This document shows, one piece after another, positions 60,485-64,000 of a DNA stretch of 64,000 bases. Numbering within the stretch: position 1 is the stretch's first letter; each line of letters begins with the position of its first letter. The DNA lies in assembly GCA_049297775.1 (NCBI GenBank), contig JBAQUX010000025.1, positions 122,835 through 186,834 on the forward strand, written 5' to 3'. The notes under the pieces were generated by a model. That model was not told the DNA's origin. It made no database searches and saw only the letters and a list, made by a program, of their open reading frames with translations. The DNA is from Minisyncoccia bacterium. GTDB taxonomy: Bacteria > Patescibacteriota > Minisyncoccia > Phycocordibacterales > UBA2100. Both the position numbers and the translations under genes were made by a program.

Positions 60485-63295
60485 TTACTCGTTGAATTCT
60501 TTAACTACGAGATCACCGAAATCTTTTGAGTTTTTAGAGACAAAGCTGGCTATCGCCTGCTTGTGTGGTTCAGACAAAGTTCTTACTTGTCTCAGTTTTT
60601 GTACAAACGCATCTACTTGGTCTGGCTGAACACCCAACCTAGAAATTGCGTCGATCCATTTAGTGAGCAAGTCTGTGTCGGAAAAAGCGCCAGCATTAAT
60701 CATTCTCAATACAATGTTCTTTAAGAAGTTTGGATCTCCCGAACGTTCAGCTGGAACACTGTACCCAACGTACTCTAAGAATGCGAGAGCTTCATTCTCA
60801 TTTACAACTAGGTTAGCAAAAATATCAGCCTTCTCCTCATCTGAAAGTTTTCGCTTTAGAGGTAACTTACTTAATAGATCGAGCGTTACTCTGCTTCTAA
60901 ACATTAAACCCGTTCGAGCATTCTCATCATTAGTAAGAAAATCCTTGCCCAGTGTCTGCAAAATAGTATCAGCAGTATTGGCATTTTCAATAATATAGCG
61001 ACGAATCCATGAGGCGGGCTCTTTGTTAATAGTCAAATTAACTTTTTGGAAAATCTTTACGCATAGAGCTTTTTCCTCAGCAGACTTATTAGCAGAGTAC
61101 CAAAAAGATATTGTTGAAGTGAATGCGTTTAGGATCGTTCCCACTCCGCCGTCACCGGAGGTTGGCGGACCTGATTTCTCAAGAAATTCTAAGCTTTGCT
61201 TTAAGACCTCAAGCCGAACATTGTCGACTTCGACAATGGGTTGCCACCGAAGTAAATAATCGAACAAGGTTAGGCCCACTGAATAGTACTCGCTCGTTGT
61301 TGGGCCAAGTGTAGTCAGTATCGATAAAATATCATCTAGGATATCCTTGCGGAATTTATCTGACTTCTCTGCATCAGGAAAAAGCTCATCCAGCCTGAGA
61401 TGTCTAATGAAATTCTTTTTTGCCTCGATTATTTCAATTCTTTTGTTCTTAAAATTATCCTTATTCTCGTCATCATGGACAATCTCAAAAAGTTTTCTGA
61501 CATTCTTTATCATATTTCTTTCAACAAGGGTATCTACTGCAATATTGCTTAGTATTACAACGAGATTTTGACTAAAATTCTTCTTATTAGCAGGTGACAC
61601 ACCGTCAAGACCTTTACTAAACATTTTCGATAGATCTATCCTATCGATTGCCGATTTGAATTTACCGCTTCCAGCATTTTTAAACGTGAGATGCACGACT
61701 TCTTGAAAATGTTTTAAATCTTCAGGTGTAATTATTTTATGGACTGTAATAAATATATTGAACAGTAAATTTTCATTCCGCATGTGTCGTCTACAGTAAT
61801 CAGCCATAAGTTGTCCAAGATTCGACAGCTTGTCAGCTGATTTAACAGTGTTATATATTTTTTCAGCATCCTGTTTTCGCCCCTCGATTAGAGAGAGCAC
61901 GAAGCTATTCCATTCTGGGACAGTCTTTTGTGCGTCACTTTGTCGTAATGAGAAATATATATCCTGAGCCTCGTCGTCATCAATATGTGAAGTGACTCGT
62001 AAAAATTCTTCTATTTTCTTTTTTTCTTCCTGTTCATCATCATGTAACTTCGAGACAATCTCACTAAGCTTGTCGCCAGTCCTTAGCACCCTATCCTCAA
62101 TTTTGCTATAAGATTTTGGCCATTTAACGCGTAGGACGAGTACCTTCGCAAGAAAGGCAACGTGTTCCTTTTTGATAATTTGCTCAATACCCCTTTCTTT
62201 TGCAAGTAGATACAAAGAAATAAGCGAATTAATGAACTGGATGATTTCTCGTGGATTGTTTCTAAACGCATAACTTAGAATGAACACCAGATCATAGTTA
62301 TCCTTAAATTCTGGAATTTGCGTCGTATTGAGTTTACGAACTATGAAATCATCGAGCTCTATGTTAAGAAATTTAGGGATCTGAATGGAGTGATTAAAAA
62401 ACTTCCTTAAATATTCCTCAGTATCAAAATTATCACCGTACTCCTTAAGGAGTTGGTCGTTGATTGCTTTGTTATCACAAGGGATTACAAAGACCGTTCT
62501 ATTATTCACATTTTTCCCATCAAGAGAGTAATCCTCGTCAGAAAGGAAAGTCTTGATATCACTCAAGAGATTTACTGCTTTTTCACTCGAAAGTCGATCA
62601 AGGTTGTCAATTATCACTAATAAATCGTTATTTTTTATTTCTGCAAGTGCTTTTACAAAGTGCTCCTCGAAACCCTCAGCTGAATCTGTTTTATCTATTA
62701 CTTTCTCTCCATTAACTTGTTTTATCGTATCCGAGATAAAAGTTAGGAGTATTCCAATTACTCCTAAGTCAATAACTCTCTTTGCAATGCCTATGTAATC
62801 CTCTGAAAGCAATAAGGGTAGGATGCTTTGTCTAAAAATTATAATAACTACTAGGGCAACAATGATTAAGAACACACTCCTAAACAGAAGGCTCCCAAAC
62901 GAAGCCTTTAGACTATCGAACCAGCTTAGATTAAAAGGAACCGATAATGATTGGTTAAGGGTTTCCTTATAGTTCAGTCCTAGATTTAGTTTCTGGTCGA
63001 GACTTATAAGAAATTGTCTACGGAATGAATCTCTTTCGTACTTCCAGGTATCAAAATATAGAACCTCGTATTTTTTCTCATTATTTAACCCATCTTCAAT
63101 AAGTTTACAAATCGTACTTTTACCCACTCCCCACTGACCATATATTCCAATATTAAATGGGCGCGGAGCTTTTCTTATTATTTCTATAACACTATTCGCT
63201 ATTTCTCCATGCCCAAAAATATCACTCTCTCCACTTTCGAGAGGTTTGTCTTCGAGAACTGTAAAATCTTGTTTGTGTGATTCTTTTTCTTCCAT
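60485..63295 (-). CDS. KAP-family P-loop NTPase (937-964 aa) with two TM helices inserted in the NTPase domain
   Basis: FNIGIYGQWGVGKSTICKLIE Walker A, YFDTWKYERD, an intra-domain hydrophobic pair (FRSVFLIIVALVVIIIF / VIGILLTFISD), then Walker B LLVIIDNLDR. Start taken at MEEKESHK; the longer track ORF to 63379 would translate through a tRNA-derived fragment. Confidence 0.8.
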   Translation of the reverse strand: MEEKESHKQDFTVLEDKPLESGESDIFGHGEIANSVIEIIRKAPRPFNIGIYGQWGVGKSTICKLIEDGLNNEKKYEVLYFDTWKYERDSFRRQFLISLDQKLNLGLNYKETLNQSLSVPFNLSWFDSLKASFGSLLFRSVFLIIVALVVIIIFRQSILPLLLSEDYIGIAKRVIDLGVIGILLTFISDTIKQVNGEKVIDKTDSAEGFEEHFVKALAEIKNNDLLVIIDNLDRLSSEKAVNLLSDIKTFLSDEDYSLDGKNVNNRTVFVIPCDNKAINDQLLKEYGDNFDTEEYLRKFFNHSIQIPKFLNIELDDFIVRKLNTTQIPEFKDNYDLVFILSYAFRNNPREIIQFINSLISLYLLAKERGIEQIIKKEHVAFLAKVLVLRVKWPKSYSKIEDRVLRTGDKLSEIVSKLHDDEQEEKKKIEEFLRVTSHIDDDEAQDIYFSLRQSDAQKTVPEWNSFVLSLIEGRKQDAEKIYNTVKSADKLSNLGQLMADYCRRHMRNENLLFNIFITVHKIITPEDLKHFQEVVHLTFKNAGSGKFKSAIDRIDLSKMFSKGLDGVSPANKKNFSQNLVVILSNIAVDTLVERNMIKNVRKLFEIVHDDENKDNFKNKRIEIIEAKKNFIRHLRLDELFPDAEKSDKFRKDILDDILSILTTLGPTTSEYYSVGLTLFDYLLRWQPIVEVDNVRLEVLKQSLEFLEKSGPPTSGDGGVGTILNAFTSTISFWYSANKSAEEKALCVKIFQKVNLTINKEPASWIRRYIIENANTADTILQTLGKDFLTNDENARTGLMFRSRVTLDLLSKLPLKRKLSDEEKADIFANLVVNENEALAFLEYVGYSVPAERSGDPNFLKNIVLRMINAGAFSDTDLLTKWIDAISRLGVQPDQVDAFVQKLRQVRTLSEPHKQAIASFVSKNSKDFGDLVVKEFNE

Positions 63296-63337
63296 AAATT
63301 TATACAGGCAAATACTCACGTATCTTAGCATATGGTG

Positions 63338-63358
63338 GCTGCCAGACTTGGAATCTTT
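63338..63358 (-). repeat. Exact 18-nt copy of the tRNA-Gln 3' end (gattccaagtctggcagc on the minus strand)
   Basis: Identical to the T-loop/acceptor 3' strand of the tRNA at 63516-63586; lies just upstream of the KAP NTPase gene. Confidence 0.7.
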
Positions 63359-63391
63359 TTGGTAAAAGTGTTGACTCACTTTTCCAAAAAC

Positions 63392-63418
63392 CGTACCTCG
63401 CGGTTTTTGCCTTGTGGA
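63392..63418. terminator. Hairpin with T-tract (bidirectional) between the tRNA-Gln repeat and the KAP gene
   Basis: ccAAAAACCGtacctcgCGGTTTTTgcc. Confidence 0.5.
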
Positions 63419-63442
63419 TTACCACAAACAAAAACATCGCTC

Positions 63443-63516
63443 CGGTCTTCGATTCACAAGGCGTAACGTGCCTATGCACGTTACTTCCGGCGCGAAAAAT
63501 GCTCCGCTTTTTTTGC
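63443..63516. repeat. Direct repeat copy 2, immediately 3' of tRNA-Gln
   Basis: See copy 1; carries the same aacgtgc-ctat-gcacgtt hairpin. Confidence 0.7.
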
Positions 63517-63586
63517 TGCCAGACTTGGAATCGAACCAAGATTGAGAGCTTCAAAGGCTCCTGTCCTACCTTTAGACGATCTGGCA
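63516..63586 (-). tRNA. tRNA-Gln (anticodon UUG), CCA not encoded
   Basis: Minus-strand fold done by hand: acceptor TGCCAGA/TCTGGCA (U1-A72 as in bacterial tRNA-Gln), D-stem GTCT/GGAC, anticodon stem GGAGC/GCTCT with loop CTTTGAA (anticodon TTG), T-stem CTTGG/CCAAG with loop TTCGATT, discriminator G. Confidence 0.8.
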
Positions 63587-63702
63587 ATGTGGTGTGGGAC
63601 TGTTGCACCCGTGGCGCACAGTATACACATTTTTGTTTTTTTCTCTACTGTTCCTGGGTAAAATGTAGGCAGAGCCTCTCCAAAACCATGCTACAGTTAT
63701 TT

Positions 63703-64000
63703 TATGAAAAAAGTGCCGAATGATGTTCCCCCGCATGAATACGAGCTTGACCCGTACGTTTTTACCCTTATTGCCATTGTGTTTCTTCTTGGCGCGAACT
63801 GGCTTTATGCCTTCTCAAAAGAGCGCCCTGCGCTACAGGCCGTTACCCTCCCGAGCGAAATACTGACCATTACTGAAACCCCGCTCGTCAACCCTGCACT
63901 TCGTGAAAAAACACGCATGGAAGAGATGCTTGCCGTATACGTGAATCATACCGAGAAAATAAACCCTTTAGACTATGCAGACCCGGTAGAGCCAGAATAT
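63703..64000 (+). CDS. Hypothetical membrane protein, 5' part (runs off the window end)
   Basis: ATG at 63703: MKKVPNDVPPHEYELDPYVFTLIAIVFLLGANWLYAFSKERPALQAVTLPSEILTITETPLVNPALREKTRMEEMLAVYVNH...; open to the end of the window. Confidence 0.5.

Noticed and set aside
63296-63379. N-terminal extension of the KAP NTPase ORF (MSQHFYQKDSKSGSHHMLRYVSICLYKF)
   Set aside because: This extension would translate straight through the 18-nt tRNA-Gln 3' fragment (KDSKSGS), so the start was placed at the downstream MEEKESHK.
59676-63586. Search for an integrase, excisionase or transposase in or next to the tRNA-Gln islet
   Set aside because: No ORF here shows tyrosine- or serine-recombinase or DDE motifs; the islet is therefore described as integrase-less, not as an intact mobile element.

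Overview
This is a gene-dense bacterial chromosomal segment, roughly 45% GC and mostly minus-strand, with no rRNA, CRISPR array, transposase or integrase. Read on the minus strand it contains: (1) a partial leuS whose reading frame carries a full YdeN/RBBP9-type serine-hydrolase domain at the junction of the catalytic core and the CP1 editing domain; (2) ychF, followed by a ~235-nt noncoding stretch bracketed by two terminators; (3) a de novo purine cluster purM-purB-purC-purE-purK-purQ-purL (PurL looks like a PurS-PurL fusion with PurQ separate), then truB-like, an RNHCP zinc-ribbon gene and guaA; (4) a complete F1Fo ATP synthase operon atpBEFHAGDC with shortened epsilon and delta subunits; (5) housekeeping and accessory genes (NDP-sugar nucleotidyltransferase, 5-FTHF cyclo-ligase, FIST-domain protein, maf, M23 peptidase, typA, YccA/BI-1, two tandem receiver-only response regulators with a PAS histidine kinase, rsuA-like, ogt, GDSL hydrolase, CYTH, yigZ, ABC-F, cspA, SOUL, patatin, mscS, VOC, rhodanese-DUF2202, glutaredoxin, ArsR, YpfJ-like peptidase, yqhA, Memo-like, DedA, nitroreductase, SPFH/prohibitin and others); (6) at the 3' end a tRNA-Gln(UUG) with a ~3.7-kb insertion downstream of its 3' end carrying a KAP-family P-loop NTPase and a small membrane protein, bounded by ~100-120-nt direct repeats that include a degenerate copy of the tRNA 3' half, plus an extra exact 18-nt tRNA 3' fragment. 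This looks like an integrase-less genomic islet at a tRNA attachment site and is a candidate defence module. The two most notable items are the hydrolase-containing LeuRS and the KAP-NTPase islet at tRNA-Gln. All calls rest on reading the translations and DNA by eye; no database search was possible.
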